From Limnochordia bacterium (GTDB lineage: Bacteria > Bacillota > Limnochordia > Darwinibacteriales > DTU012), in the NCBI GenBank assembly GCA_007116145.1, contig SKJB01000050.1, forward strand, positions 1,638 through 65,637: a DNA stretch of 64,000 nucleotides. Reading direction: 5' to 3'. Made by a program: the position numbers and the translations under genes. The notes beneath the pieces are model-generated. The model was not told the origin of the DNA, did not search any database, and saw nothing but the letters and a program-made list of their open reading frames with translations. Every line of letters begins with the position of its first letter. Position 1 is the first letter of the stretch. Positions 40,239 to 51,263 of the stretch are shown piece by piece.

Positions 40239-42209
40239 CTATATGGCAGACGGTCTTACGACAATCGGTCTAGTGATCTCCCGTGGGAAAATATGACGAA
40301 TAATTTCTTCTACAGAGTTAACAGCAATGACTTTAATACCCGGTAACTCTAGGGCTAATTCTTGTCGGTTAGCAGCAGGGATAAAAATGGTTCGAATTCC
40401 TGCTTGGCGCGCTCCGTACACTTTAGCTTGAACACCACCAACCGGCTTTATTCTTCCTTGTAATGATATTTCACCGGTTACTGCAATATCCTGTGGAATG
40501 GGTAGTTTACGAATCGCGCTATACATTGCTAACATGATCGCTACTCCTGCAGATGGCCCATCAATCTTGCCTCCACCCACAATGTTAACATGAATATCGT
40601 AATCGTTTAACTCCTCTCCCGTTAGACGGCGAAAGACAGTAGCTGCATTAAACACGCTATCCTTAGCCATGCTGCCCGCAGTATCGTTGAAGCGTACTAA
40701 GCCCTTCCCCCGCTGATTACTCGTGAATGCTATGGCTTCAAGCTCTAACACCGAGCCTAGAAATCCACTAACACCGAGCCCAAAAATCTTACCGATTTCC
40801 TGCGTGTCTGAAGCAGTAATCTGATTGTAAGGCGTTAAACGAGCGGATTGAATAACTTCTGTTATATCTGCTTGTTCAATAACACCAGAAACCACTGTCT
40901 CGTCGCCAGCTTCGAGCCACCGGTAAAGGGCCACACTATAAGCGTCGGCTAACAGCCTAGTTGCTTGACGTCCTTCGATTGTGTAATCCGCTATCGTGGT
41001 AATCACTTCTGGCTTCGCACAGATCTCTAAACGCTGCGCTGCATTCTCGACAATGCTCCCTATATCCACTGGAGTCAAGGGATCAAAGAAGATCTCCGCA
41101 CAGCGTGACCGCAGCGCTGGATTGATTTCTGATGGGTCTCTTGTTGTGGCTCCGATTAACACGAAATCGGCGGGAGCGCCTTCGGTAAAAAGCTTCTGAA
41201 TATATTTTGGTGTATTCGGATCGTCAGGATCAAAGTAGGCTGAGTCAAACATCACGCGCTTATCCTCGAGCACTTTTAGCAATTTATTCTGCAAAATCGC
41301 ATCCAATTCACCAATTTCATCAATAAATAGCACACCGCCATGAGCTTGAGTCACTAATCCAAGCTTCGGTTCGGGAATTGCTCCATCAGCTAACTCTCTT
41401 TTAGCTCCTTGGTAGATCGGATCGTGGACAGACCCTAATAATGGATTCGTCACATCTCTAGGATCCCAGCGTAATGTAGTACCATCAACTTCGACAAAAG
41501 CTGCATCCTCTAAAAAAGGTGAGAATTTGCGAACCTTTGATTCTGCAAGGGCAAGTCGGGCTGCTGTGGTTTTACCCACACCAGGTGGACCATATAAAAT
41601 GATATGTTGTGGAAACGGTGAACTGAGCTTAGACAATAAAGCTCTGATTGCGTGCGACTGGCCGATCACTTGTGTGATCTCTGTGGGACGCATCATTTCC
41701 ATGGCTGACCGAGAGAGCTTTTTTTGTTCTAACACCTCAAGCTCTGCATATTTTCTCAACGTTTGGGCGTTATCTGCACCCGTTTCTTCTTTGAGTACTT
41801 GGGAGCGGATTTCCTTTAGATACTCTTGATGCTTTGCTTGCACACGTTCGTTTATCTTACGTTCTAACGATTCTTCCACCGTGCGTCTAGCTAGAATTTC
41901 TGCTAAACTATTCTCAAGTTTATCTAAAACACCGGCCACTTCATCCTCTGTATAGGTTCGCTCTATGGTGGGATCTCCATATACTAGGCGTTCTAAAGCA
42001 ATCATTTGGTCCGACAGGTTCTCGGATCGCATTAAGTGGAGCGCATTAAGCTTACCGGCTTTTAACACTAATTGATCCGACCCATTTATTTCAATGAGAA
42101 GATCAAACATCGCAGTAATCTTAACCTGACTATCTTCAGTCTTTAACTGAAGACTGGCTTCTGCAGTCGGCTTTTTGGTTTTCCGTAGCTTGTCAATCAG
42201 TCTTTTCAC
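40239..42209 (-). CDS. Lon-family ATP-dependent protease of endospore formers (LonC-like): coiled-coil N-region, AAA+ module, S16 protease domain
   Basis: Walker A GPPGVGKTT and Walker B LFIDEIGEL. Protease serine motif DGPSAGVAIMLAMYSA. Confidence 0.75.
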   Translation of the reverse strand: MKRLIDKLRKTKKPTAEASLQLKTEDSQVKITAMFDLLIEINGSDQLVLKAGKLNALHLMRSENLSDQMIALERLVYGDPTIERTYTEDEVAGVLDKLENSLAEILARRTVEESLERKINERVQAKHQEYLKEIRSQVLKEETGADNAQTLRKYAELEVLEQKKLSRSAMEMMRPTEITQVIGQSHAIRALLSKLSSPFPQHIILYGPPGVGKTTAARLALAESKVRKFSPFLEDAAFVEVDGTTLRWDPRDVTNPLLGSVHDPIYQGAKRELADGAIPEPKLGLVTQAHGGVLFIDEIGELDAILQNKLLKVLEDKRVMFDSAYFDPDDPNTPKYIQKLFTEGAPADFVLIGATTRDPSEINPALRSRCAEIFFDPLTPVDIGSIVENAAQRLEICAKPEVITTIADYTIEGRQATRLLADAYSVALYRWLEAGDETVVSGVIEQADITEVIQSARLTPYNQITASDTQEIGKIFGLGVSGFLGSVLELEAIAFTSNQRGKGLVRFNDTAGSMAKDSVFNAATVFRRLTGEELNDYDIHVNIVGGGKIDGPSAGVAIMLAMYSAIRKLPIPQDIAVTGEISLQGRIKPVGGVQAKVYGARQAGIRTIFIPAANRQELALELPGIKVIAVNSVEEIIRHIFPREITRPIVVRPSAI

Positions 42210-42222
42210 AAGACATTCCCCT

Positions 42223-42669
42223 TTAGTTTTTTACTACCTGGACAATAATTGATGTTTGTACTTTTGGATGAATACGAATGCCAATGGTATAGGTTCCTAG
42301 ATTCTTGATTGGCTCACTAAGCTCAATTTTCCTTTTGTCAACTTCTACCTTATATTGCTTTTTTAGCCGATCAGCAATTTCTTGACTGGTAATCGACCCA
42401 AAAAGTTTACCCCCTTCACCAACTTTAGCATGCATTTGTAGTTTTTTTCCTTCCACCTGATTAGCAATTGCTTGCGCATTCTTGATCACCCGATCGCGCT
42501 TGTTCTGCTCAGCTTTTTTATCCGACGTTACTTTTTTTAGATTACCCTCTGTTGCTTCCACAGCAAGACCGCGAGGATAGAGGAAATTACGTCCATATCC
42601 TTCGGCTACTGTAACGATATCACCCTTTTTACCAAGGCTTTTTACATCTTTTTGTAGAATAACTTTCAA
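42223..42669 (-). CDS. rplI: 50S ribosomal protein L9
   Basis: [30 protein letters not shown]. Confidence 0.95.
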   Translation of the reverse strand: MKVILQKDVKSLGKKGDIVTVAEGYGRNFLYPRGLAVEATEGNLKKVTSDKKAEQNKRDRVIKNAQAIANQVEGKKLQMHAKVGEGGKLFGSITSQEIADRLKKQYKVEVDKRKIELSEPIKNLGTYTIGIRIHPKVQTSIIVQVVKN

Positions 42670-42672
42670 TGT

Positions 42673-43680
42673 TTAGACCTCCGTCTCATTACCTTTTTTT
42701 AATTTGCGAAAATCAAACCAGGTATCAAAAATACCGAAAAATGCAATGGCGATACTAAAGAAATTTCCCGATTGAATGATCAAAAAGATCAAAATGATCC
42801 TAAGAATCTTGTTCACATTATACGTATTCAAGTAAAACCAGATAATCGCGAATCCTTGGATAACAAACGCATAGAGAAAGAAGAAGTACAAGTTAATCGC
42901 AATTATATGCCAGATCTCACTTGTTGTATACAAAGAAAGAACAGAAAACGATAAGCCAAAAATAATCCCATAGACAAAATACCAGGGCCACTGCCAGGTG
43001 GAAAAGGGTGGAAGCCAAGGTATACTCGTATCCCCTAAGCGCCTTAAGATAAAGCGGATGACACCTAAATTGACTAACGTAAACAGAAACCCACCCATTA
43101 CTAGGGATAATGGAATTGCGGTTCGTAATAGTTCCACCATTATGAGCACTTGCTCTTCGGACTCTGCGATCAATTCTGGGCTAAATCCCAAATCTTGATA
43201 GAATTCTAGACTTTGTGTTAGTCCTTTTTCCCACATTTCAAAGGCTAAGGTTAGCAAATTTTCGCCAAATAGTAGTGAGTACACAAAAATCTGCAACAAA
43301 AAAGTAATCACGGAAGATACTACCCCCACTAGTAGTAACTGGGCAAAATGAAACGATTCCCTTAAGCCCATACCTAGAGCAATACCAAGTACTCCAATAA
43401 TCAGTACTTGTACGGAGAAGAGTAGGTTGCTAAGCGTAATTGCCACTAAAAAAGATGATGTTACAGAAACCAGAATTCCACTGCGTAAACCATGACGATA
43501 CACTAGTATACCTAGGGGAACAGGCAAGATAAAACTCATAAAAGAAATGTAGCGCCCCATTAGCGCAATTAATACCGTAATAGCTGCTAGCATTGCTCCC
43601 TCTGTTAGAGCATGTGTGCGCAAACCCTCACCTCCATCGACTACTATTTCTGCATCGCTAATGTATAGTCCTTCTCCCAA
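42673..43680 (-). CDS. YybS-like polytopic membrane protein (DUF2232)
   Basis: 335 aa, multi-TM. Conserved position between rpsR and rplI, as yybS in Bacillus. Confidence 0.6.
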   Translation of the reverse strand: MGEGLYISDAEIVVDGGEGLRTHALTEGAMLAAITVLIALMGRYISFMSFILPVPLGILVYRHGLRSGILVSVTSSFLVAITLSNLLFSVQVLIIGVLGIALGMGLRESFHFAQLLLVGVVSSVITFLLQIFVYSLLFGENLLTLAFEMWEKGLTQSLEFYQDLGFSPELIAESEEQVLIMVELLRTAIPLSLVMGGFLFTLVNLGVIRFILRRLGDTSIPWLPPFSTWQWPWYFVYGIIFGLSFSVLSLYTTSEIWHIIAINLYFFFLYAFVIQGFAIIWFYLNTYNVNKILRIILIFLIIQSGNFFSIAIAFFGIFDTWFDFRKLKKGNETEV

Positions 43681-43742
43681 CTTTATCCGCTTACTTCTTT
43701 GAGTTCGTTAATAAAAAAAGAGCAGCATAGCTGCCCCGTTTA

Positions 43743-43973
43743 TTACTCAATTGTGTACGGCATTAATGCCATATGTCGCGCCCGTTTAATTGCTGATGTT
43801 AACTGACGCTGATGAATTGCACAGTTACCAGAAATTCGTCGGGGTAAAATCTTACCTCGCTCTGTTACATATCTCCGTAACTTGTTGATCTCTTTATAAT
43901 CAATTGCGCTGATTTTTTCAACGCAGAACGAACAGACCTTTCTCCGGCCTCTGCGACCTCTTTCTTTGGCCAT
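43743..43973 (-). CDS. rpsR: 30S ribosomal protein S18
   Basis: [43 protein letters not shown]. Start at internal ATG (MAKERG). Confidence 0.9.
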   Translation of the reverse strand: MAKERGRRGRRKVCSFCVEKISAIDYKEINKLRRYVTERGKILPRRISGNCAIHQRQLTSAIKRARHMALMPYTIE

Positions 43974-43997
43974 TATCTCGCCTCCAAATCTCATAGA

Positions 43998-44402
43998 TTA
44001 GAATGGAACATCATCAAATCCAGATTCGGGCGGACCAGCCTGATCCCTACTATTACTGTTATCACTAGTATCGCCATCACGGTCTCGACGGTCCAAGAAG
44101 CGGACTTGGTCAGCAACAATTTCGGCGGCTTTACGTCGAATACCATTTTGATCATCATACGACCGGATCTGCAAACGACCATCAACGGCAACTAATCGAC
44201 CTTTATTTAGGTGATTTGCGCAAGTTTCTGCTTGTTTACGCCAGGTTACAATGTCAATAAAATCTGCTTCCCTCTCACCACCAGCTGTGGTAAAGGGACG
44301 ATCAACGGCTAATGTAAAACTAGTCACAGCTATACCGTTTTGTGTATAGCGCAATTGTGGATCAGCGACTAAGCGCCCAATGAGGATAACTTTGTTCAAC
44401 AA
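43998..44402 (-). CDS. ssb: Single-stranded DNA-binding protein
   Basis: MLNKVILIGRLVADPQLRYTQNGIAVTSFTLAV and C-terminal DDVPF tail. Confidence 0.95.
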   Translation of the reverse strand: MLNKVILIGRLVADPQLRYTQNGIAVTSFTLAVDRPFTTAGGEREADFIDIVTWRKQAETCANHLNKGRLVAVDGRLQIRSYDDQNGIRRKAAEIVADQVRFLDRRDRDGDTSDNSNSRDQAGPPESGFDDVPF

Positions 44403-44420
44403 AACAACTCACTCCTTTGC

Positions 44421-44711
44421 TCATTCTTCTTCTTTTCGAACGAGCAGAAAACGCACAACTTCATCGGTAATTTTCAAGACACGGTCGACTTCAGTAGTCG
44501 CGTCGTTTCCTGCTTTAAAATCCATTACCACATAGAAGCCATCGGTGTTCTCGTTTACCTCATAAGCCAGTCTGCGCTTACCCCATTTTTCAACTTTTGC
44601 GATCTCACCATTTCTCGAAGTGATAATCGCACTAATTTTTTCTAGGACTCCTTCAATTGCTGTTTCATCTAAAGTTGATCGTAAAATCATCATCATTTCA
44701 TAGGAACGCAC
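44421..44711 (-). CDS. rpsF: 30S ribosomal protein S6
   Basis: MRSYEMMMILRS..GEIAKVEKWGKRRLAYEV. Confidence 0.95.
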   Translation of the reverse strand: MRSYEMMMILRSTLDETAIEGVLEKISAIITSRNGEIAKVEKWGKRRLAYEVNENTDGFYVVMDFKAGNDATTEVDRVLKITDEVVRFLLVRKEEE

Positions 44712-44800
44712 CGTAGCTCACCTCCTCCCTATGGACATAGGCCCTAAGCTATCAACTTAGAGCAGGGCATGTTCATTATACCACTATGTTTGATAAAAAG

Positions 44801-45886
44801 TCAAACATTGAATCGAAATAAAACGACATCACCGCAAGCTATCGGATAATCTCGCCCTTCAATCCGCACAAGTCCCTGCTCACGAGCATTAGCTAAAGAT
44901 CCTGCCATTAGTAGATTCGTACTCGAGACCACTTCCGCACGGATAAATCCTCGTTCCATATCACTATGGATCTTACCCGCAGCTTGTGGGGCTAGGGTGC
45001 CGTCGGGAACCAGCCATGCTCTAGTCTCTACTCCTTTAACGGTGTAGAAGGTGAGTAAACCTAATAGCTCCACACTAGCATGAATTAGGCGATGTACTCC
45101 AAATTCCGTGCACCCTAACTCCTGTAAGAAAGCATACGCTTCCTCAGCCGGCAACTCGGCGAATTCAGCTTCTAAGCCGGCAGCTATTGGAATTACTTCG
45201 CTGTGCTCCTTGCTTGCCTTGGCAACCAAGGGTGCTAACTTCTGCTTACTCTCTTCGCTGTTGCTATCGGTTTCGCTAATGTTTGCGACATAGAGTACAG
45301 GTTTATTCGTTAACAAGTGCAGATCAGTAGGGAATACACTCTCTTGGTTGCGAGCTGGAATACCCTGGTTTAAAAGGACTAAAATCTCATCCAGCTGCTG
45401 CATTTCCGCTTTATAGCGCGTTTCTCCTGTTTTTAATAAACGCTGCGTTTTTTCTTTGCGCGTTTCTACCGCTTGAATATCTGCAAGTAATAATTCAGTG
45501 TCGATAGTCTCCAGATCGGCTAGACCCCCTGTTTGACCTGGTGATAACGAAACGTTATCATCCTCAAAGAGTCTAACCACATGAATGATCGCATCCACCT
45601 CACGGATATGTGCTAAAAATTGATTGCCTAATCCATCTCCGCGACTTGCTCCCTTTACAAGACCGGCAATGTCGACAAAATGCATAACTGCGCCGGTTAT
45701 AGTCTTCGGTTTCACAATTTTAGCGACATCAAGCAGCCGCTGATCGGGAATTGTTACCACGCCGACATTTGGTTCTATCGTACAAAAAGGATAATTGAGC
45801 GCGGGAACCGAAGACTTCGTTAGTGCATTAAAGAGTGTCGATTTCCCGACATTCGGTAATCCAATAATACCAATATAAAGTGACAT
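44801..45886 (-). CDS. ychF: Ribosome-binding ATPase YchF
   Basis: GIIGLPNVGKSTLFNALT G1 motif and C-terminal TGS domain. Confidence 0.95.
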   Translation of the reverse strand: MSLYIGIIGLPNVGKSTLFNALTKSSVPALNYPFCTIEPNVGVVTIPDQRLLDVAKIVKPKTITGAVMHFVDIAGLVKGASRGDGLGNQFLAHIREVDAIIHVVRLFEDDNVSLSPGQTGGLADLETIDTELLLADIQAVETRKEKTQRLLKTGETRYKAEMQQLDEILVLLNQGIPARNQESVFPTDLHLLTNKPVLYVANISETDSNSEESKQKLAPLVAKASKEHSEVIPIAAGLEAEFAELPAEEAYAFLQELGCTEFGVHRLIHASVELLGLLTFYTVKGVETRAWLVPDGTLAPQAAGKIHSDMERGFIRAEVVSSTNLLMAGSLANAREQGLVRIEGRDYPIACGDVVLFRFNV

Positions 45887-45990
45887 AAACGCCTCCTACT
45901 CTACCAAAACAAGGGGTCTATCCCTCACAAAAGAGCCAGTACACCTATTAGGTAAACAGAGAGTAAAAACCCTCTATTTTAACGATAATC

Positions 45991-47103
45991 TTAAGCATAC
46001 GATAGTATTTTTTTCAAGACAGCATCATTCTGTCGATTAATCTTCTCAAAGTCCATGTGAGGAGTGAACTTATCTTCTAACTGATCATGAATTACTTTCG
46101 CCTTCCGCAGCTGCTCAAAAGCTAAGTCTAGCAGCTCTTCGAAGAGAATGTGATTCTTATGGAGTGTTGGTTGGAATGCAGTCCGTTTTGCTTGGCATAG
46201 GCAATCATTCAAGTTGATCACAATCGCATGATCCGCTTCATAGATATGCGGAGGATACGATGAGATAATTGCAACATTTAACTTCGGTATCACCAGATGT
46301 TCTATGGATTCCGGTGCAATCGGGCAATGATAAGCCTCACTAGAGAGCCCACACTCCATGGCCCGTTGTGCTATTTTTGTAATCATTGTAGACTTGCCTG
46401 TTCCTGGTTCGCCTTTTAGAATATATTTACGTGTACAATTCTCTACAATACTATGCAACTCATTGACAGGACCTTGAGGGGTAATGCCCGATGCAAATAA
46501 GGAACGAATCTTCCCGACTGCAAGGCTAGACGTATAGTCCCCGAGAATCTCTTGGATTAAGTTTGTCGTTATACGATTGATCTTCCCAAAATCCATTGCA
46601 TTTTTGGTGATATCTTGAATATCCTCATAAATACATTTGGCAGCACGCAAATACCGATAAGCACGGGGATAACAGGCTGAATTCGCCTTTGTCAAACGGA
46701 TTATCTCTAAACGCTCCGCTTCAAGATTAGATGCATCCCAATACTGACCAAGATTAATGATTTCTTCCACACACCCTGGGTATTTTGGATCCATAACGTG
46801 CGGCGCTGTGCCATCAACAATCGCTACTTTAAGTTTGGGTACCACAATTCCATCTAACGATTGGGCGTCGGAGCTACAGTAGAATTCTTCGATATCATAT
46901 CCAAGGATCAGTAGTTGTTGTGCTATCTTTTTCATAAAACTTGATTTTCCGGTGCCCGGGCCGCCTTTTAGAATGAACACTCGGTTTGCATCATCGTCAA
47001 AGATATTATGATAAAACGAGTAGAAACCCTGCGTAGTGTTGCCCCCTGCAAAAACTTTTTTAACTCGGCTCATCAAAGATCCCCTTTCATTCTGAGTCCA
47101 CAT
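45991..47103 (-). CDS. Internally duplicated double-P-loop NTPase of unknown function
   Basis: Two Walker A motifs, ILKGGPGTGKSS (~aa 45) and ILKGEPGTGKST (~aa 222). Each is followed by a similar ~170-aa region, indicating a tandem repeat. Not an ABC or AAA+ signature. Confidence 0.6.
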   Translation of the reverse strand: MWTQNERGSLMSRVKKVFAGGNTTQGFYSFYHNIFDDDANRVFILKGGPGTGKSSFMKKIAQQLLILGYDIEEFYCSSDAQSLDGIVVPKLKVAIVDGTAPHVMDPKYPGCVEEIINLGQYWDASNLEAERLEIIRLTKANSACYPRAYRYLRAAKCIYEDIQDITKNAMDFGKINRITTNLIQEILGDYTSSLAVGKIRSLFASGITPQGPVNELHSIVENCTRKYILKGEPGTGKSTMITKIAQRAMECGLSSEAYHCPIAPESIEHLVIPKLNVAIISSYPPHIYEADHAIVINLNDCLCQAKRTAFQPTLHKNHILFEELLDLAFEQLRKAKVIHDQLEDKFTPHMDFEKINRQNDAVLKKILSYA

Positions 47104-47162
47104 CTTAATCTATGCACTCTAGCTGAAAAAGGTGCCAAATTTGCGCAAAAGCATTCCTTTCT

Positions 47163-47357
47163 TTAGTGCTTCGGTTTGTCCACTACTTCCTTCACCTGTT
47201 TTTCTATTTTGTGTCTAGGTACTAAAAGCACTCGCTCACAGGTGAAACATTTGATTCGCATATCTACCCCTGATTTTAGAACTTCCCAGCGATTGTCACC
47301 GCAAGGATGCACTTTCTTTAATATTAGTGTGGATCCCACATCAAACATTACTATCAC
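47163..47357 (-). CDS. Small DUF951-like protein (64 aa) with CxxC...CxxC-like cysteines
   Basis: HPCGDN..CFTCERV cysteine pairs. Conserved small ORF near ychF in Firmicutes, from memory. Confidence 0.45.
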   Translation of the reverse strand: MIVMFDVGSTLILKKVHPCGDNRWEVLKSGVDMRIKCFTCERVLLVPRHKIEKQVKEVVDKPKH

Positions 47358-47510
47358 CCCTTACAATTCATTATACATTGCGAATAGGTTTAGAGAAACA
47401 GTAATTTGGGAAATTTTTTCGTCTCTAAAAAAGAGGGGTTTCCCAGAGAGCAGCGAAAGGTAAACCGAACAAGTCAGAAAAAAACTGCCAAAAGAAAGGA
47501 AGATGTATTC

Positions 47511-48398
47511 TTGAAACCTGTAAAACTAATTGTTGTTGTACTTGCACTAACTCTTGTTTTGTCCCTTGGAGCCTTACAAACTTTAGCAAACAATGGGGAC
47601 ATTATTGCCCGAGTTAATGGAGTAGAAATTACGCAAGCTCAATTTTATGAAGCGTTAGAACGTGAAGCTGGGGCCTTTATTCTAAGTCAAATTATCCTTG
47701 ATGAACTTATTTCGCAAAAACAAGTTGAGTATAATGTCTATGTCAACGACGATGAACTAACGGAAGTCTTATTTGAGATAATCGATCAATTAGGCGGAAT
47801 AGAAGGTTTGCAAATGTTCTTGCAACAAAATCAAATCAATGAAGATCAACTCATTGAACAAGTTGAGTGGAATTTATTGATAAGCAAACTTACTAAGGCC
47901 GAAGTTATAGTCACAGATGAAGAGGTTGAAGCCTTTTTCAATGAAAACAAAGCCCAATTTGCTGTTAACGAGCAAGTAGAAGCAAGTCATATTCTCGTGG
48001 ATTCGCAAGAAAAAGCAGATGAGATTCTAGCTTTGCTTGCAGATCAAAGTTTTGCAGCATTAGCAAGACAATACTCTGTTGATCCAGGTTCGGGTGCTAA
48101 CGGTGGTTATTTAGGGGTATTTGGTCGTGGTATGATGGTGCCATCATTTGAAGATAAAGCCTTTTCTTTAAAACCTGACGAAATCGGAGTCGTCGAGAGT
48201 GACTTTGGCTTCCACATTATCCTCGTTATGGACCGGATAGAAGCACAAGAAGCCGATCTGGAAAACGCATGGGCTTCAGTGAAAGCCGCTTTACAAGAAA
48301 CCAAAGCCGTAAGTCCTGGGAATTATTTGGACAAACTAATGAGTACCTCTGATGTGGAGATTCAATCTGAACGCTATCGCAGTATGCTTCTCTTTTAG
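47511..48398 (+). CDS. PrsA-like foldase / parvulin-type peptidyl-prolyl isomerase (lipoprotein-type N-terminus)
   Basis: TTG start after AAAGGAAG. Signal-like N-terminus. Parvulin domain ASHILVDSQEKADEI...GGYLGVFGRGMMVPSFEDKAF. Confidence 0.75.
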   Translation: MKPVKLIVVVLALTLVLSLGALQTLANNGDIIARVNGVEITQAQFYEALEREAGAFILSQIILDELISQKQVEYNVYVNDDELTEVLFEIIDQLGGIEGLQMFLQQNQINEDQLIEQVEWNLLISKLTKAEVIVTDEEVEAFFNENKAQFAVNEQVEASHILVDSQEKADEILALLADQSFAALARQYSVDPGSGANGGYLGVFGRGMMVPSFEDKAFSLKPDEIGVVESDFGFHIILVMDRIEAQEADLENAWASVKAALQETKAVSPGNYLDKLMSTSDVEIQSERYRSMLLF

Positions 48399-48409
48399 TA
48401 AGTGTCGCT

Positions 48410-48448
48410 AAACGCCTTATGGACCAAAAGGTCCATAAGGCGTTTTTT
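48410..48448. terminator. Bidirectional intrinsic terminator between prsA-like gene (+) and gcvPB (-)
   Basis: AAACGCCTTATGGACC / GGTCCATAAGGCGTTT 15-bp perfect stem around loop AAAA, flanked by TTTTTT on the plus side. Confidence 0.75.
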
Positions 48449-49919
48449 AACTGTTTTCTTGCGTACTAAAACGCAATACCCGCTCTCGAGCTGCCCTAGT
48501 TTCATCTAAGCGACCGACTGGAGTCATACTTGGAGCGTTCTTAAAACTTTCTGCACTATCGATTGCCTCCTGGGCAATGCGTTGCATAAGAAAAATAAAG
48601 TGATCCAAAACCTCCTTGGACTCGGTCTCTGTGGGTTCCACCATAATGGCCTCCTCCACAATCAAAGGAAAGTAAATTGTTGGTGCATGAATGCCGTAAT
48701 CTAGCATGCGTTTAGCCATATCTAGAGTAGAAACTCCGACTTTCTTTTGCCATTTTCCGGAGAGCACAAACTCGTGCATACATAAGCGGTCATAAGGGAG
48801 AGCGAAATATTCTTTGAGATGATGCATTAAATAATTCGCGTTTAGTACTGCATTTTCACTGACTGCGCGCAGTCCCGGATACCCATGAGTGCGAATGTAA
48901 GCGTACGCACGAACCAAGACGCCAAAATTGCCATAGAAGGACTTCATACGACCGATACTATGTACAGGCTTAACGAGTGCATAGCCATTCGATCCTTTTT
49001 CGATGATTGGATAGGGCAAAAATGGTGCCAACTCTTGTTTAACAACAATGGGTCCTGCCCCTGGTCCGCCTCCCCCATGCGGTGTTGAGAATGTTTTGTG
49101 AAGATTAAAATGGACAATGTCAAATCCCATGTCGCCAGGGCGTACGATCCCAAGAATTGCATTGGCGTTTGCTCCGTCATAGTACAATAGTCCACCAGCT
49201 GCATGTACTAAATCAGCGATCTCAATGATGTTTTCATCAAAGAGTCCTAATGTATTAGGATTGGTAAGCATTAGGCCGGCTGTTTTCGGTCCTAATAGAC
49301 TCTTGAGGGCAGCTAAATCGACACCGCCCCGTTTATTAGAAACGACGGTTCGAACAGAAAATCCCGCCATCATAGCGCTTGCAGGGTTTGTTCCGTGCGC
49401 TGCATCGGGGATGATCATCTCTGTTCGTTGCTGATCTTCCCCATTCTGTTTGTGGAACGCCTTGATAATGAGGAGACCAGCCAATTCACCATGGGCTCCA
49501 GCTGCTGGTTGGAGTGTGGATTTGGCTAAACCCGAAATTTCCGCTAAATACGTATCAAGCTCGTACATCATCTCCAAGGCCCCATCTACCGTTGACGCGG
49601 GTTGGTAAGGATGAATCTGGCTAAATCCAGCTAGGGCTGCCATGTCTTCATGCACTCGTGGATTATACTTCATCGTGCATGATCCAAGCGGATAGAACCC
49701 GACATCGACACCGTGATTACGCCGTGATAGACCAGTAAAGTATCGCACTACCTCTAACTCACTCACCTCTGGTAACCGCGGTTCCTCAACGCGTAGATAC
49801 GCTGGCGGAATTAACTCCTGTAGGGGAACCTCCGGCACATCAAGTTCTGCTATTGTATACCCTGTACGGCCTTTGATTGACTGCTCTAACAGTAATGGAA
49901 TTTTAGTTTTTACTTCCAC
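48447..49919 (-). CDS. gcvPB: Glycine dehydrogenase (decarboxylating) subunit 2
   Basis: PLP-dependent fold with [18 protein letters not shown] lysine motif. Confidence 0.95.
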   Translation of the reverse strand: MEVKTKIPLLLEQSIKGRTGYTIAELDVPEVPLQELIPPAYLRVEEPRLPEVSELEVVRYFTGLSRRNHGVDVGFYPLGSCTMKYNPRVHEDMAALAGFSQIHPYQPASTVDGALEMMYELDTYLAEISGLAKSTLQPAAGAHGELAGLLIIKAFHKQNGEDQQRTEMIIPDAAHGTNPASAMMAGFSVRTVVSNKRGGVDLAALKSLLGPKTAGLMLTNPNTLGLFDENIIEIADLVHAAGGLLYYDGANANAILGIVRPGDMGFDIVHFNLHKTFSTPHGGGGPGAGPIVVKQELAPFLPYPIIEKGSNGYALVKPVHSIGRMKSFYGNFGVLVRAYAYIRTHGYPGLRAVSENAVLNANYLMHHLKEYFALPYDRLCMHEFVLSGKWQKKVGVSTLDMAKRMLDYGIHAPTIYFPLIVEEAIMVEPTETESKEVLDHFIFLMQRIAQEAIDSAESFKNAPSMTPVGRLDETRAARERVLRFSTQENS

Positions 49920-51261
49920 GAGCGTAACCCCCTAACAAGCTAGCAAACTCGTCTATCTCTTCCTTCGTACGAGCTTCGGTTACTGCCATTAGTACTGAGT
50001 CGGATAATTCATTGTAAAAATGATTTAAGGGAAGTCCACTTAAGTATCCTTGTTGTATCATATGGTCTTGGACATCCTGCCAATTCACCTCACCGGTAAA
50101 AGCAACCTCTTTAAAGAAAGGAGCACTAAAGCGTTGCCGAAACCCGACTTTTTCCATCACAGAACGTAAGTACGCTGTCTTTTGCAGACATTGGTAGGCA
50201 ATCTGTTTTAGACCCGACTTTCCGACAAGTGATAGATAGATGGTTGCAACTAATGCATTTAATGCCTGATTTGTACAGATATTGGACGTCGCTTTTTCCC
50301 GACGAATATGTTGTTCTCTGGTTTGCAGGGTTAATACATACCCTCTATTTCCCTTAGCATCTGCTGTTTCACCCACAATACGTCCAGGCATTCTGCGAAT
50401 TAATCCGCTACCCGAGACCGCAAAAAAACCTACAGATGGGCCACCATAGCTTATTGGATTACCAAGTACACCCCCATCACCCACAACAATGTCTGCCCCA
50501 TACGCACCTGGTGATTTTAATAGACCTAAGCTAATGGGATCCACAGCCATAATCAGTAACCCCTGGTGTGATTTGATCCAACTTGCAATCGGATCAACGT
50601 CTTCAATACAACCAAAAAAGTTAGGTTGTTGGAGGACAACAGCTGCTAGTTCGGTGAGCCATGATTCTGTGGCTTCTGGTAATTGGACACATCCACTAGC
50701 AGAATCGTAAGGAAGCATAATAGTTTCAATATTCTGGCTTTCTAAATATATACGCACCACACTCGTCCATTCCGGATGAAGATTTTCGGGTAAGGCTACT
50801 TTGCTTCGGCGTGTTACATTACAGGCAAGCAAAGCAGCTTCTGCTAATGCTGTGGCACCATCATACATGGATGCATTTGCAACTTCCATGCCGGTTAATT
50901 CAGCAATTAGCGTCTGAAACTCAAAAATTGCTTGTAAAGTACCTTGGCTAATTTCTGCTTGATACGGAGTATATGCCGTTAGAAATTCCCCTCGTCCAGC
51001 TAGATGTGGAATGACACTTGGCCTTAGGTGATCATATGCACCAGCCCCGAGAAAACAAACCAATTGATCAAGTCCCATATTTTTTGCCGCTAAGCGCTGC
51101 ATATGCTTAACCAGCTTGCTTTCTGCCAACGGAGAGGGTAAGTCTAATGGTTTCGCTAACAGCGATTTCGGTATATCAGAAAAGAGTTCGCTGATCGTAC
51201 GAAACCCAATGGAATCTACCATGGCTAGCTGCTGTTCTTCGGTGTTGGGGATATAAGACAC
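49903..51261 (-). CDS. gcvPA: Glycine dehydrogenase (decarboxylating) subunit 1
   Basis: GcvP N-terminal half homology. Overlaps gcvPB start by 17 nt. Confidence 0.95.
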   Translation of the reverse strand: MSYIPNTEEQQLAMVDSIGFRTISELFSDIPKSLLAKPLDLPSPLAESKLVKHMQRLAAKNMGLDQLVCFLGAGAYDHLRPSVIPHLAGRGEFLTAYTPYQAEISQGTLQAIFEFQTLIAELTGMEVANASMYDGATALAEAALLACNVTRRSKVALPENLHPEWTSVVRIYLESQNIETIMLPYDSASGCVQLPEATESWLTELAAVVLQQPNFFGCIEDVDPIASWIKSHQGLLIMAVDPISLGLLKSPGAYGADIVVGDGGVLGNPISYGGPSVGFFAVSGSGLIRRMPGRIVGETADAKGNRGYVLTLQTREQHIRREKATSNICTNQALNALVATIYLSLVGKSGLKQIAYQCLQKTAYLRSVMEKVGFRQRFSAPFFKEVAFTGEVNWQDVQDHMIQQGYLSGLPLNHFYNELSDSVLMAVTEARTKEEIDEFASLLGGYARGSKN

Positions 51262-51263
51262 AG

